DNA from: Planctomycetota bacterium
GTDB taxonomy: Bacteria > Planctomycetota > GCA-002687715 > CAIWVZ01
Assembly (NCBI GenBank): GCA_017853435.1
Contig: JAFMJN010000001.1
Span: 2,603 to 66,602 of the forward strand
Direction of reading: 5' to 3'
Length of the DNA: 64,000 nt
The translations under genes were made by a program, and so were the position numbers. This document shows positions 9,923 through 22,958 of the stretch, one piece after another; position 1 is the stretch's first letter, and every line of letters begins with the position of its first letter. The notes beneath the pieces are model-generated. The model ran no database searches. It worked only from the letters and a program-made list of their open reading frames with translations, and was not told where the DNA came from.

Positions 9923-11929
9923 TCAGCGCAGACGGCCGCCGTGCGCCGCGGCCACGGCGTCGACGACGGCGCGACAACGCGCGTCGACGTCCTCGCCCGA
10001 CAGCGTGCCCGACGCCGATCGGAAAACGACCGAAACCGCCAAACTCTTCTTGCCGTCGCCGACCTGCCGTCCGCGGAATTCGTCGAAGAACCGTACGTCT
10101 TCCAAGTCGGGTCCGGCGGCGGCGCGCAGGGTCGCGACGAGAGCCGCGTAGGAAACACCCTCGTCGAGCACGAATGCGAGATCGCGAACGGTCGCCGGGA
10201 ACTTGGGCAAGCCGACGAACGTCTTGACCGGTCGCCACGCCGTCACGAACGGTCGCAGATCGAGTTCGAAGAAGTGCGGCGTCGGATCGAGATGGCGTTC
10301 GTCGGCCAAATCCTTCGCCACGCGACCGATCACGCCGACGACGCGTCCGTCGAGCGACACCGACTGGCGCACGAGCGGATCGAGCCCGTCGTGACCGGAC
10401 GGGCCGAACGTGATCGCGGTACCGAGTCCCGCGACGAGCGCTTCGAGAACGCCCTTCGTTTCGCGGAATCCGGTTTCGAGGAGCGCCGCGACCGCGGGAA
10501 CGCGATCGGGCACGGCGTCGCCGCCGTCGAACGCGAGGTTGCCGCACTCGAACAGGCGCAATCCGGTGTTGCCTTGATCACGATTCAGTCCGCAGACGGC
10601 GAGCAGCGACGGAAGAAGGCTTCGACGCACGGCGCCTTCTCCCGCACGCACGGGATTGCGAACGACGAGGCCCGCTCCGGTGCCGAGGAAGGCGAGCGAC
10701 GCGTCGCGGCCTTCACGGACGAACGTCGGGGTGACGCATTCGTCGAGCCCGATCAACGCGAGGCGCGACTTCACGGCGTCGATCAACGTCCGTTCGGGAT
10801 GGAGACGAACCGGTATGACGCGCAAACCGCCGCCTTCCGGAATCTTGTCGAGGCCGACCACGCGGATGATCTCTTCGACGAGGTCGATCCCGCGTACGAG
10901 ATCCGCACGCCACGACGGAGGCGTCACGTCGAACGCATCGTCGTCGACGCGCGCCACCGTGCAACCGAGATCCGTGAGAAGGCGTTCGATGCGGGAGGCC
11001 GGGATGGAGGCGCCGGTCACCGACTTCACCACGCGGCGCGACAGACGGATGGCGGGCGTCGGGACGGGTGCGGTCCGAACGTCGATCGGAGCGGTGCGCA
11101 CGGTGCCGCCCGCGAGTTCGACGATGAGGCGCGCGGCGCGCAATGCGCCGTCGAGGGCTCCTTCACGATCGACGCCGCGCTCGAATCGGTGCGAAGAATC
11201 CGACTTGAGCGCCAAGGCGCGCGACGTGCGCCGCACGGAGGGTGGGTCGAAACAGGCGCTTTCGAGGAGGATGCGCGTCGTCGACGCATCGACGGCCGTG
11301 CGCTCGCCTCCCATCACACCCGCGATCGCGACGGGCCCGGCGGCGTCGGCAATGACGCCCATCGCCGCGGTGAGCGCGTAGTCGCGTCCGTCGAGCGCGG
11401 CCATTTTTTCTCCGTCCTTCGCGCGCCGGACGACGACGCCGCCGCCCACGAGTTTGTCGAGGTCGAAGGCGTGCAACGGCTGCGACCGCTCGAAGAGAAC
11501 GAGATTCGTGGCGTCGACGACGTTGTTCACCGAACGCGCGCCCATCGACTCGAGGCGACGTCGGACGTGGTCGGGAGACGGGCCCACGCGAATGCCTTCA
11601 ACGACGACGCCGACGTAACGCGGGCAGAAAGCCGCGTCGTCGACGCGCACCGAGGCGCGCTCGGCGGTCGCGGGTGCGACCATGGCGACGTCGCAGGAGG
11701 GCGGAACGAGCGACTTGCGCGTGACCGCCGCGAGGTCGCGTGCGAGCCCCATGACGCCGAGGCAATCGGGGCGATTCGACGTGACGGCGCACACGAGCAC
11801 CGGCCCCGCTTCCGACTTCTCGATGGCCTCGACTTCCGTGCCGGAGAACGTCAGCAGGTCGGAAAGCGTCTTCGGCGACGACTTCACGTCGGGAAGCAAC
11901 TCACGAAGCCAATCGACGGGCGCCTTCAT
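9923..11929 (-). CDS. pheT: Phenylalanine--tRNA ligase beta subunit, short form lacking the N-terminal tRNA-binding domain.
   Basis: B3/B4, B5 and class II-like core motifs (VGVMGGERTAVD, SLRFERGVD, FFELDL...FPATVRDLAF, FRSASGTLSGEDVD). Sits 4 nt downstream of pheS. Confidence 0.85.
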   Translation of the reverse strand: MKAPVDWLRELLPDVKSSPKTLSDLLTFSGTEVEAIEKSEAGPVLVCAVTSNRPDCLGVMGLARDLAAVTRKSLVPPSCDVAMVAPATAERASVRVDDAAFCPRYVGVVVEGIRVGPSPDHVRRRLESMGARSVNNVVDATNLVLFERSQPLHAFDLDKLVGGGVVVRRAKDGEKMAALDGRDYALTAAMGVIADAAGPVAIAGVMGGERTAVDASTTRILLESACFDPPSVRRTSRALALKSDSSHRFERGVDREGALDGALRAARLIVELAGGTVRTAPIDVRTAPVPTPAIRLSRRVVKSVTGASIPASRIERLLTDLGCTVARVDDDAFDVTPPSWRADLVRGIDLVEEIIRVVGLDKIPEGGGLRVIPVRLHPERTLIDAVKSRLALIGLDECVTPTFVREGRDASLAFLGTGAGLVVRNPVRAGEGAVRRSLLPSLLAVCGLNRDQGNTGLRLFECGNLAFDGGDAVPDRVPAVAALLETGFRETKGVLEALVAGLGTAITFGPSGHDGLDPLVRQSVSLDGRVVGVIGRVAKDLADERHLDPTPHFFELDLRPFVTAWRPVKTFVGLPKFPATVRDLAFVLDEGVSYAALVATLRAAAGPDLEDVRFFDEFRGRQVGDGKKSLAVSVVFRSASGTLSGEDVDARCRAVVDAVAAAHGGRLR

Positions 11930-11932
11930 GAA

Positions 11933-12928
11933 TCAGTGCACCTGCCTCAGGAATCGGACGTCGTTCTCCGTCAGACGACGGATGTCCGGGACGGCGAAAC
12001 GACGCATCGCGAGGCGTTCGATGCCGAGTCCGAACGCGAATCCGCTCCAGCGCGCCGCGTCGACGCCGCAGGCTTCGAGAACGGCGGGGTCGACCATGCC
12101 GCACCCGCCGATTTCGACGTAACCGCGCCCGGGGAATTCGACGTCGATTTCCGCCGAAGGTTCCGTGAACGGAAAGAACGACGGGCGCAACCGCACGTTG
12201 ACGTCTTCGCCGTAGAGCGTGCGGACGAACGCGAGGAGCGTCGTTTTCAGGTCGGCCATCGAAAGACCTTCGTCGATCGCGAGACCTTCGATCTGATGGA
12301 ACATGTAGTGGTGCGTGGCGTCGACCGTGTCCGGTCGATACACGCGTCCCGCGGCGACGATGCGCAGCGGCGGACGACGCGTCTCCATCGTGCGCACCTG
12401 GATGGTCGACGTCTGGCTTCGCAGAAGGAGGCGACGGTTCGACACGTAGAAGTTGTCGGCCTCGTCACGGGCGGGATGGTGCTCGGGGATGTTGAGAGCG
12501 ACGAAGTTGTGGAACTCGTCCTCGATCTCCGGGCCGTCCGTCTCCTCGAAGCCGAGGGTGCCGAACACGCGCACCACTTCCCGGATGGTCCGGGTGATCG
12601 GGTGCAACGATCCCGTCGCGGGTGCGATGCCCGGCAACGTGAGATCTTCTCGCGGACCTCCGGTCGCCGCGCGACCGAGGACCGCTTCGCGCTCGAGGAC
12701 GGCGTCCTCGATGCGCTTCTTCGCGACGTTCACCTCCGCACCGAAGCGAGGTTTCTCCTCTTTCGGAAGCGCGCGGAGGTGCTCCATCAAGGCGGGGATA
12801 CGGCCGGACTTGCCGAGCAGCGCGGACTTCACGGCGGCGAGCGCCGCGGCATCCGCGGCGCTTGCGACGGCGCGCTCGCCCTCTTCGAGGACGAGGCGCA
12901 CCTGCTCGAACGCGTCGTGTCCCGTCAT
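11933..12928 (-). CDS. pheS: Phenylalanine--tRNA ligase alpha subunit.
   Basis: HPITRTIREV, LRSQTSTIQVR, FRPSFFPFTEPSAEIDV and GCGMVDPAVLEACG class II motifs. Confidence 0.9.
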   Translation of the reverse strand: MTGHDAFEQVRLVLEEGERAVASAADAAALAAVKSALLGKSGRIPALMEHLRALPKEEKPRFGAEVNVAKKRIEDAVLEREAVLGRAATGGPREDLTLPGIAPATGSLHPITRTIREVVRVFGTLGFEETDGPEIEDEFHNFVALNIPEHHPARDEADNFYVSNRRLLLRSQTSTIQVRTMETRRPPLRIVAAGRVYRPDTVDATHHYMFHQIEGLAIDEGLSMADLKTTLLAFVRTLYGEDVNVRLRPSFFPFTEPSAEIDVEFPGRGYVEIGGCGMVDPAVLEACGVDAARWSGFAFGLGIERLAMRRFAVPDIRRLTENDVRFLRQVH

Positions 12929-12944
12929 CCCCCGCCCCGGTGCC

Positions 12945-13304
12945 TCAGGCGACCGCGACCTTGGCCTTCGCCATCTCGACGAGGCGCGCGAACGCCGCCG
13001 GGTCGTGGATCGCGAGTTCCGAGAGTTGCTTGCGGTCGAGGGTCACTTCGGCCTTCTTCAGACCGTTGATGAACCGCGAGTACGCGATGCCCGCGGCGCG
13101 GCACGCCGCGTTGAGGCGGATGATCCAGAGCGAACGGTATTCGCGCTTCTTGGCGCGGCGATCGCGGAAGGCGTACTTGCCGGCACGGCGGACGGCTTCC
13201 TTGGCGGTACGGTACAGGCGTCCGCGGCCCCCGCGGTAGCCCTTGGCGGCCTTGAAGACCTTGTTGTGGCGCTTCTTCCGCGCCGGCGAATTGGTCGCAC
13301 GCAT
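12945..13304 (-). CDS. rplT: 50S ribosomal protein L20.
   Basis: [27 protein letters not shown]...[19 protein letters not shown]. Confidence 0.9.
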   Translation of the reverse strand: MRATNSPARKKRHNKVFKAAKGYRGGRGRLYRTAKEAVRRAGKYAFRDRRAKKREYRSLWIIRLNAACRAAGIAYSRFINGLKKAEVTLDRKQLSELAIHDPAAFARLVEMAKAKVAVA

Positions 13305-13357
13305 GGTGATCTCTCCACGCCGCGCGTCGGGCGCGCGGCATCAGTTCGGGTTGTTTC

Positions 13358-13579
13358 TCAGAGGCTCGGACGCAAAAGCTTCATCGCGGCCTTCACGTTG
13401 GACTTGTGCATCACGGCGCGGCCGCGGAGCTTCCGGACGACGCCTCCGGCGGTACCCACCATGAGGTGGGACTTGCCGGCGATCGTGCGGAGGATCTTGC
13501 CGTTCTTCGTGACCTTGAAGCGCTTCTTGGCCGACTTCGAGGTCTTGAGTTTGAAATGAGCTCGCTTCTTGCGGGGCAT
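13358..13579 (-). CDS. rpmI: 50S ribosomal protein L35.
   Basis: MPRKKRAHFKLKTSKSAKKRFKVTKNGKILR... Confidence 0.85.
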   Translation of the reverse strand: MPRKKRAHFKLKTSKSAKKRFKVTKNGKILRTIAGKSHLMVGTAGGVVRKLRGRAVMHKSNVKAAMKLLRPSL

Positions 13580-13602
13580 GGCTGTCTCCGTTGGGGTGAT
13601 CC

Positions 13603-14142
13603 CTACTTCTTCGTGGGCATGATCACCATGGTCATGCGCTTGCCGTCCAATTTCGGCATGCGCTCGATTTTTCCGACATCCTGAAGCTCGACGGCGAACT
13701 CCTTCAGGAGTTGATCGCCGAGTTCCGGGTGAACGACTTCGCGGCCGCGGAAGATGACGGTGACGGCGACCTTGTCGCCTTCCGTCAGGAACTCGCGGGC
13801 CTTCTTCATCTTGACTTCGCGGTCGTGGACGTCCGTGCGGGGACGCAGGCGGAGTTCCTTGACCGTGATGACGTGTTGCTTCTTGCGCGATTCGCCTTCG
13901 CGCTTCTTCTGCTCGTATTTGAACTTCCCGAAGTCCATGATGCGGCAGACGGGCGGGACCGCCGTGGGAGAAATCTCCACGAGGTCCAAACCCTTCTCGC
14001 GCGCCAAGGCGCGCGCCGCATCGGAAGTCATGACGCCCAACTGCTCGCTCTCGGGGCCGAGGACGCGAACCTCGGGAACCCGGATCTGCAGGTTGACGCG
14101 GTGACGGGGAGGCGCGGCGGGGCCGCGGTCAAAAGGCCTCAC
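13603..14142 (-). CDS. infC: Translation initiation factor IF-3. The start codon is non-ATG (GTG at 14142, as is typical for infC).
   Basis: VNLQIRVPEVRVLGPESEQLGVM...GLDLVEISPTAVPPVCRIMDFGKFKYEQ...VIFRGRE. The first codon on the minus strand at 14140-14142 is GTG. Confidence 0.8.
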   Translation of the reverse strand: MRPFDRGPAAPPRHRVNLQIRVPEVRVLGPESEQLGVMTSDAARALAREKGLDLVEISPTAVPPVCRIMDFGKFKYEQKKREGESRKKQHVITVKELRLRPRTDVHDREVKMKKAREFLTEGDKVAVTVIFRGREVVHPELGDQLLKEFAVELQDVGKIERMPKLDGKRMTMVIMPTKK

Positions 14143-14170
14143 GGGGCGGAGCCCCCGACGAGCAGGTTCA

Positions 14171-16117
14171 TCATCGTTTCTTCGTCCTCTCGAGATCCGC
14201 GAACAGGGCGAGCACGCCGTCCCGGGTCATCGGACCCAGGTCCTTGTCGGGGCGCTCGCGCACGGCGACCGTTCCTTCGGCGACCTCACGGTCGCCGACG
14301 ACGAGCACGTAGGGAATGCGCATGAGGCGGGCGTCGCGGATTTTCGCGCCCACCTTCTGATTCGACACGTCGAGTCCGACGCGGTGTCCCGCGGCTTCGA
14401 GCGCGGCGACGAATTCCTTCGCGTAGGCCATGTGGCCCTCCGCGATCGGAAGAACGCGAGCCTGTTCCGGCGCGAGCCAGAACGGGAAGTTGCCCGACGT
14501 CTGTTCGATCAACACGCCGACGAAACGCTCGAGCGATCCGAGAATCGCGCGGTGGATCATCACCGGACGCTCTTCGCCGCCGTCGCGCGTCGTGTACTTG
14601 AGATCGAAGCGTTCGGGCAGGTTGAAGTCGAGCTGAATCGTCGACAACTGCCATTCACGGCCGATCGCGTCTTCGGTGATGAAGTCGATCTTCGGCCCGT
14701 AGAACGCGCCGTCTCCCGGATTGACCGTGTAGGCCACGCCGTTTTCGGTGAGCGCCGCGGCGAGCGCCGATTCGGCCTTGTTCCAAATCTCGTCCGTGCC
14801 GAGCGAACCGGCGGGACGGGTCGACAGGAACACCTTCGGGCGGGTGAATCCGAAGAGGTCGTAGACGCCCATGATCATCTTGAGGAGCGAGGCGATCTCG
14901 TCCTTGATCTGATCGGGGGCGACGAACAGGTGCGCGTCGTCCTGGCAGAACGTACGCACGCGCGTGAGTCCGCCCGTCACGCCGGAGCGCTCGTAGCGGT
15001 GGAGACGACCGAAGTCCGCGATGCGCAGGGGCAGTTCGCGGTACGAACGCTTCTCGTTCGCGAAGATGTAGGTGTGCGACGGGCAGTTCATGGGCTTCAC
15101 CCCGAACTGACGCTCGTCCTTCTCCGTCACGTACATGTTTTCGAGGTAGTGCGCCCAGTGACCCGAGGTCTTGAACATCTCGGTGTCGAAGATCTGCGGC
15201 GTGATGACTTCCTTGTAGTCGTACGTGCGATAGAGCTCGCGCATGTGCTGCACGAGGCGGTTGTAGATGATGGTTCCGCGCGGCAGGAAGAACGGGCTCG
15301 CCGGGGCGATCGGGTGCATCATGAACAACCCGAGTTCCTTGCCGATCTTGCGATGATCGCGGGCCTTCGCCTCTTCCTGGCGAGTGACCCACGCGTCGAG
15401 TTCCTTCTTCGACGTGAACGCGGTGCCGTAGATGCGTTGGAGCATCTTGTTCTTCTCGTCGCCGCGCCAGTAGGCACCCGCGACGGTCAGAAGTTTGAAC
15501 GCCTTCACGTAGCCGGTCGACGGAACGTGAGGCCCGCGGCAAAGGTCTTCGAAGGCCCCCGAACCGTGACGGTAGGTCGTGATCGATTCCGCGGCGGAGA
15601 TTCCTTCGATGATCTCGACTTTGTAGATCTCTCCTTCGGAGCGATAGCGCGCGAGTGCGGCGTCGCGTCCCGTCTCGCACCGCTCGAACGCGGTGTCCGC
15701 TTCGACGATCTTCGACATTTCCTTTTCGATGCGTTCGAGGTCTTCGGGCAGGACCTTCGCGTCGAGATCGATGTCGTAGTAGAAGCCGTCGTCGGTTGAA
15801 GGACCGATCGAGAGTTTGGCTTGCGGCCAAAGGCGGCAGATCGCGTCCGCCATGATGTGCGAGGCCGAGTGGCGGACGACTTCGAGTCCGTCCTTCGAAT
15901 CCGCCGTCACGATGGACAGCGAGCAGTCGCGGACGAGGGCGTAGCGGAGATCGAGGATTTCGGCGCCGCCGTCGATCTTGCCGCCGACGCAGGCCTTGCC
16001 GAGGCCGCTGCCGATACGGAACGCCACATCGCGGATGGAGCAGCCTTTCGGCATCTCCAACACGCGGCCATCCGGAAGGGTCACCTTGACCGGGTCGTTC
16101 GACGCGGTTTCCGACAT
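14171..16117 (-). CDS. thrS: Threonine--tRNA ligase (TGS domain, editing domain, class II core and anticodon-binding domain).
   Basis: VKVTLPDGRVLEMPKGCSIRDVAF (TGS), HSASHIMADA, FGRLHRYERSG, QLSTIQLDFNLPERF and VAPEQARVLPI motifs. ATG at 16117. Confidence 0.9.
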   Translation of the reverse strand: MSETASNDPVKVTLPDGRVLEMPKGCSIRDVAFRIGSGLGKACVGGKIDGGAEILDLRYALVRDCSLSIVTADSKDGLEVVRHSASHIMADAICRLWPQAKLSIGPSTDDGFYYDIDLDAKVLPEDLERIEKEMSKIVEADTAFERCETGRDAALARYRSEGEIYKVEIIEGISAAESITTYRHGSGAFEDLCRGPHVPSTGYVKAFKLLTVAGAYWRGDEKNKMLQRIYGTAFTSKKELDAWVTRQEEAKARDHRKIGKELGLFMMHPIAPASPFFLPRGTIIYNRLVQHMRELYRTYDYKEVITPQIFDTEMFKTSGHWAHYLENMYVTEKDERQFGVKPMNCPSHTYIFANEKRSYRELPLRIADFGRLHRYERSGVTGGLTRVRTFCQDDAHLFVAPDQIKDEIASLLKMIMGVYDLFGFTRPKVFLSTRPAGSLGTDEIWNKAESALAAALTENGVAYTVNPGDGAFYGPKIDFITEDAIGREWQLSTIQLDFNLPERFDLKYTTRDGGEERPVMIHRAILGSLERFVGVLIEQTSGNFPFWLAPEQARVLPIAEGHMAYAKEFVAALEAAGHRVGLDVSNQKVGAKIRDARLMRIPYVLVVGDREVAEGTVAVRERPDKDLGPMTRDGVLALFADLERTKKR

Positions 16118-16310
16118 CGCTCTTGTTCCTCGCTGAGGGGCCGAAGCCCCGATGGGTCATCCCCCGAGGGGGACGAAAAGGAAGCCGTGACGGCGACCTG
16201 CGGCGGCGCAGGGGCAGAGCGCACCCCGGAACCAACCGTTGGGAAGGGAGAGATACGCGATTCCCCCTCCCCTTTCAACCGCCCCGGCCCCGATCGGGGC
16301 CTTACCCCCG

Positions 16311-18071
16311 TCAGGGAGCGGGCTTGGGGCGAAGCTGGAGGCCGAGATCCGCCCATTGGCGGTCGTCGGCGGGCGACGGGCTCGTGGTGAGCAAACACGT
16401 CCCCGAGGCCGTTTTCGGGAAGGCGATGACGTCCCGAAGCGACTCCGCCCCGCGCATGAGCATCACCAGGCGGTCGAGACCGAGGGCGATCCCACCGTGC
16501 GGCGGCGCTCCGTAGTCGAGCGCCCGGAGGAACCACCCGAACTTGGTCTCGGCCTCGGCCCGCGAAAAGCCGACGAGGTCGAAGACCTTCTGCTGGTCTT
16601 CCGGTCGGTGGATGCGGATCGAACCGGAGGCGATCTCGTTGCCGTTCAGCACGAGGTCGTAGAGATTCGCCTTCACGTCGGAGAGGTCGTCGCCGAGGTT
16701 CGGCATCGCCCCCTTCGTGGACGTGAACATGTGGTGCTTCGCTTCCCAACGCTTGTCGTCTTCGTTCCAACCGAACATCGGGAAGTCGACGACCCACAGG
16801 AACGCGTTGCGCGACGTGTCGATCAGTTTGCGCGTCCGACCGAAGTGGAGGCGCACCTGAGCCAACGCGGCGCACGTCGTTTCGAACGGAGCCGCGACGA
16901 AGACGAGGAGGTCGCCGGTCTTCGCGCCCGCGCGTTCCGCGATGCGCGCGACGTCGTTCGGCGAAAGGAACTTCGCGACGGGCCCCTGAGGACCGTCGGG
17001 CGTGAGCTTGATCCACGCGAGTCCCTTGGCGCCGTGCGTCTTCGCGACGGCTTCCGTCTCGTCGATTTCCTTGCGGGACAGCGCGGCGCCGTCCGGAAGG
17101 CAAATGCCTTTGACCGATCCACCCTTCGACGCGGCGACGTCGGAGAACACCTTGAAGCCGCATCCCGCCGCGATGTCGCCGATATCAAACAGTTCGAGGC
17201 CGAACCGCACGTCCGGCTTGTCGTTGCCGAAGCGGCGCATGCATTCGTCGTAGGAAAGTCGCGGGAACGGCGCGGAGAGGGCCGCGCCGGTCAGGTCTTT
17301 CCAAAGCGTCTTCAGCATGTCTTCGACCACGAAGAACACGTCTTCCTGATCGACGAACGACATCTCGAGATCGATCTGCGTGAACTCCGGCTGCCGATCG
17401 GCGCGGAGATCCTCGTCGCGGAGACACTTGCAGATTTGGAAGTAGCGGTCCATACCGCTCACCATCAGCACCTGTTTGAAGAGCTGCGGCGACTGCGGAA
17501 GGGCGTAGACCTCGCCGGGATGCAGGCGCGACGGAACGATGAAGTCGCGGGCGCCTTCGGGCGTCGTCTTGATCAGAAGCGGCGTTTCGATCTCGAGGAA
17601 ACCGTGCCCCGAAAGGGAGTTTCTGATCGAGTGGCACATGCGGTGCCGGAATTCGATGTTGTCGGAAAGCGCTTTCCGACGGAGATCGAGGTAGCGGTAC
17701 TCGAGTCGAAGATCTTCGCGCACCGTCGTCTTGTCGGTGATCTCGAAGGGCGGCGTCTTCGAACGATTGAGCACGGTCACGCCGCGCGCGACGACTTCGA
17801 CGTCGCCGGTCGGGCGATTCGGGTTGCGGGATTCGGCGGGGCGCAGACGCACCTCACCTTCGACGCACACGACGTCTTCCGACCGCAGACCGACGGCCCC
17901 CGGAACGGCCGCGGAATCCACGACCACCTGCGTGATGCCGTGGCGGTCGCGAAGATCGATGAACGAAACGCCGCCGTGGTCGCGCGTGGACGCGACCCAA
18001 CCGTTGAGGACGACCACCGAACCGGCGTCTCCCCCACGGAGCCCGCCGCACGTATGGGTCCGCTTCTTCAT
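16311..18071 (-). CDS. aspS: Aspartate--tRNA ligase.
   Basis: THTCGGLRGGDAGSVVVLNGWV (OB fold), FLEIETPLLIKTTPEGARDF, FRDEDLRADRQPEFTQIDLE and GGIALGLDRLVMLM motifs. Confidence 0.9.
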   Translation of the reverse strand: MKKRTHTCGGLRGGDAGSVVVLNGWVASTRDHGGVSFIDLRDRHGITQVVVDSAAVPGAVGLRSEDVVCVEGEVRLRPAESRNPNRPTGDVEVVARGVTVLNRSKTPPFEITDKTTVREDLRLEYRYLDLRRKALSDNIEFRHRMCHSIRNSLSGHGFLEIETPLLIKTTPEGARDFIVPSRLHPGEVYALPQSPQLFKQVLMVSGMDRYFQICKCLRDEDLRADRQPEFTQIDLEMSFVDQEDVFFVVEDMLKTLWKDLTGAALSAPFPRLSYDECMRRFGNDKPDVRFGLELFDIGDIAAGCGFKVFSDVAASKGGSVKGICLPDGAALSRKEIDETEAVAKTHGAKGLAWIKLTPDGPQGPVAKFLSPNDVARIAERAGAKTGDLLVFVAAPFETTCAALAQVRLHFGRTRKLIDTSRNAFLWVVDFPMFGWNEDDKRWEAKHHMFTSTKGAMPNLGDDLSDVKANLYDLVLNGNEIASGSIRIHRPEDQQKVFDLVGFSRAEAETKFGWFLRALDYGAPPHGGIALGLDRLVMLMRGAESLRDVIAFPKTASGTCLLTTSPSPADDRQWADLGLQLRPKPAP

Positions 18072-18079
18072 GGTGATGT

Positions 18080-18508
18080 TCAGGAGCGCGTTGAGCGCAT
18101 CTTGTAGCGACCTGCGATCCGCAGTCGGGCCGCGGCGCGGGCCAACGCGGCCTCGGCGCGGGCGAGATCCACCTGCGCGTCGCGACGCATCGAATACAAA
18201 CGTTCGCGGGCGCGCTTCTCGGATTCACGCGCGCGCTTCTCGTCGATCGCGTCCGCGGCTTCACCCGTATCGGCGAGCACGGTGACCACGTCACCCGCGA
18301 CTTCGAGGAAGCCGCCGCTCACCATGAAGGCGACGTCCGCGCCGTCGACGAGCTTCGCCGACAGTTCGCCGGTATCGAGCGTCGTGACGAGCGGCGCGTG
18401 GCCGACCAGGATCCCCATGAGCCCCTTCGTGGCGGGCGCCACGACGGTGGACACCGACGCCTCGAAGAGGGTCTTTTCCGGGGTGAGGACCTTGAGGGTG
18501 AGCGGCAT
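18080..18508 (-). CDS. atpC: F1 ATP synthase epsilon subunit.
   Basis: LKVLTPEKTLFEASVSTVVAPATKGLMGILVGHAPLVTTL. Position directly after atpD. Confidence 0.8.
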   Translation of the reverse strand: MPLTLKVLTPEKTLFEASVSTVVAPATKGLMGILVGHAPLVTTLDTGELSAKLVDGADVAFMVSGGFLEVAGDVVTVLADTGEAADAIDEKRARESEKRARERLYSMRRDAQVDLARAEAALARAAARLRIAGRYKMRSTRS

Positions 18509-18515
18509 GGCGACC

Positions 18516-20805
<2,290 letters not shown>

Positions 20806-20817
20806 GTCGGCCTCCGA

Positions 20818-22374
20818 TCAGCCTTTGGCGCCGGCCGCCGCGTTGAACGTCTTGTTGAACGACGCGATCGCGTCCTTCAACTTCGCTTCGCAGTCGGCTT
20901 CGAGCTTGCCGGTCTTCCGGATCTCGTCGCCCACTTCCGGACGCGCGTCGCGCATGTAGGAGAGGAACTGCTCCTGCCACACGGAGACCTTGTCCTTGGC
21001 GATTTCGTCGAGGAACCGGTTGGTTCCCGCGTAGATCACCATGACCTGTTCCTCGAAGCCCATCGGCTTGTACTGCGGCTGCTTGAGGAGTTCGACGAGA
21101 CGTTCGCCGCGACGGAGCGTCGCGAGGGTCGCCTTGTCGAGGTCCGAGCCGAACTGGGCGAAGGCCGCGAGTTCGCGGAACTGCGCCATTTCGAGGCGGA
21201 GCTTGCCGGCGACCTTCTTCATGGCCTTCGTCTGCGCCGCGCCACCGACGCGGGACACCGAGAGACCGACGTTCACGGCCGGGCGGATGCCCGAGTTGAA
21301 CAAGTCGGTTTCGAGGTAGATCTGGCCGTCGGTGATCGAGATGACGTTCGTCGGGATGTACGCCGTCACGTCGCCCTGCTGAATTTCGACGACGGGCAAC
21401 GACGTGAGCGACCCCGAGCCCGCCTTGTATTCGGCGGGGTTGATCGTGTGGGCGTCGTCGGCCAACTTCGCCGAGCGCTCGAGGAGACGGCTGTGGAGAT
21501 TGAAGACGTCGCCCGGGAACGCTTCACGACCCGGCGGACGGCGCAGGAGCAACGACACCTGACGCCACGCGGTCGCGTGCTTGTACAAGTCGTCGTAGAT
21601 CACGAGGCAGTGCTCGCCGCGGTCGCGGAAGTACTCGCCCATGGTCGTTCCGGAGAACGGCGCCATGTACTGCATCGAAGCCTGATCCGACGCGGAGGCG
21701 TTCACGATGATCGTGTACTCCATCGCCCCGGCGCGTTCGAGCACGGCCTGCACGCCCTTGATGGTCGACATCTTCTGTCCGACCGCGACGTACACGCACT
21801 TCACGCCCTTGCCCTTTTGATTGATGATCGTGTCGACGCAGACGGCGGTCTTGCCGGTCTGACGGTCGCCGATGATCAATTCGCGCTGACCGCGACCGAC
21901 CGGGATCATGCCGTCGATGGCCTTGATGCCCGTCTGGAGCGGCTCGTGCACGCCCTTGCGTTCGACGACCGACGGCGCGTTGCGCTCGATCGGCATCTTG
22001 AGTTCCGACTTGATCACGCCCTTGCCGTCGATCGGTTCGCCGAGCGCGTTCACGACGCGACCGAGGAGGCCGGGGCCGACGGGCACCGAGATGATCTCGC
22101 CCGTGCCGGTCACGCGATCGCCTTCCTTCACCTTCGTGTCGTCGCCGAGAAGAATGACGCCGACGTCCTCTTCTTCGAGGTTGAGCGCGATCCCCTTGAC
22201 GCCGTTCGGGAACTCGAGGAGTTCCGAAACCTTGCAGTCCTTCAGTCCATGGACGCGAGCGACGCCGTCACCGACCGAGAGGACGGTGCCGAAGTTGCTG
22301 ACGGCCACGCTTCCATCGAAGGCCTTGATCTGCTGCTTGAGGATGGAGGTGATTTCCGAAGGGGTCATACCCAT
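20818..22374 (-). CDS. atpA: F1 ATP synthase alpha subunit.
   Basis: [19 protein letters not shown]-loop, [11 protein letters not shown]-terminus, [18 protein letters not shown]. Confidence 0.9.
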   Translation of the reverse strand: MGMTPSEITSILKQQIKAFDGSVAVSNFGTVLSVGDGVARVHGLKDCKVSELLEFPNGVKGIALNLEEEDVGVILLGDDTKVKEGDRVTGTGEIISVPVGPGLLGRVVNALGEPIDGKGVIKSELKMPIERNAPSVVERKGVHEPLQTGIKAIDGMIPVGRGQRELIIGDRQTGKTAVCVDTIINQKGKGVKCVYVAVGQKMSTIKGVQAVLERAGAMEYTIIVNASASDQASMQYMAPFSGTTMGEYFRDRGEHCLVIYDDLYKHATAWRQVSLLLRRPPGREAFPGDVFNLHSRLLERSAKLADDAHTINPAEYKAGSGSLTSLPVVEIQQGDVTAYIPTNVISITDGQIYLETDLFNSGIRPAVNVGLSVSRVGGAAQTKAMKKVAGKLRLEMAQFRELAAFAQFGSDLDKATLATLRRGERLVELLKQPQYKPMGFEEQVMVIYAGTNRFLDEIAKDKVSVWQEQFLSYMRDARPEVGDEIRKTGKLEADCEAKLKDAIASFNKTFNAAAGAKG

Positions 22375-22404
22375 GGTGGAGATCTTTCGTAACGGCCGCG
22401 CGCG

Positions 22405-22947
22405 TCAGGAACGCGCGAGGATGGAGGACTTGAGACGCTCGAGGCGGGAAGCCGTGCTTCCGTCCACGAACGTCGAACCGAACTTGAGACGGAGCCCGCC
22501 GAGGATCGCCGGATTGACCGACGTCTCGAGCACGACTTCGCCTCCGAGCGACGCTTTGAGTCCGTCGCGGAGGGCGGCGAGTTCCGCGGGCGGCAATTCC
22601 GCTGCGGATTCGACGCCGATACGCACGATGCCGTAGTGGCGATCGAGCGCTTCGGCGAACGCCGTGAAGAGGTCCGCATACGCGCCGCAGCGGCCGCGCA
22701 TCGCCATGAGGCGAAGCGTGTTGACCACCGGGGACGCCGCGGGGAACTTCTTCCCGAGTTCCGCCACCTTCGACGCCGGACGCGTCCGGACGTCCGACAG
22801 AAGGGTGCAGAGCGCCGTATCCGCGGCGAGCGCTTCCTTCACGGAAGCCAACTCCGCCGCGACGGCGTCGACCCTTCCTTCCTCGCGAGCGAGGGTGAAG
22901 AGGGCTTCCGCGTAGCGGCGCGCAACCGGCATCCAGTCTTTCGCCAT
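22405..22947 (-). CDS. atpH: F1 ATP synthase delta (OSCP) subunit.
   Basis: VARRYAEALFTLAREEG N-terminus. Position between atpF and atpA. Confidence 0.75.
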   Translation of the reverse strand: MAKDWMPVARRYAEALFTLAREEGRVDAVAAELASVKEALAADTALCTLLSDVRTRPASKVAELGKKFPAASPVVNTLRLMAMRGRCGAYADLFTAFAEALDRHYGIVRIGVESAAELPPAELAALRDGLKASLGGEVVLETSVNPAILGGLRLKFGSTFVDGSTASRLERLKSSILARS

Positions 22948-22958
22948 TGCGCGCCCCT

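Noticed and set aside
9872-13069. 1065-aa ORF on the plus strand opposite pheT/pheS/rplT.
   Set aside because: Its translation is low-complexity and Arg/Gly/Asp-rich (typical antisense artefact in about 70% GC DNA). It overlaps well-supported conserved genes on the other strand.
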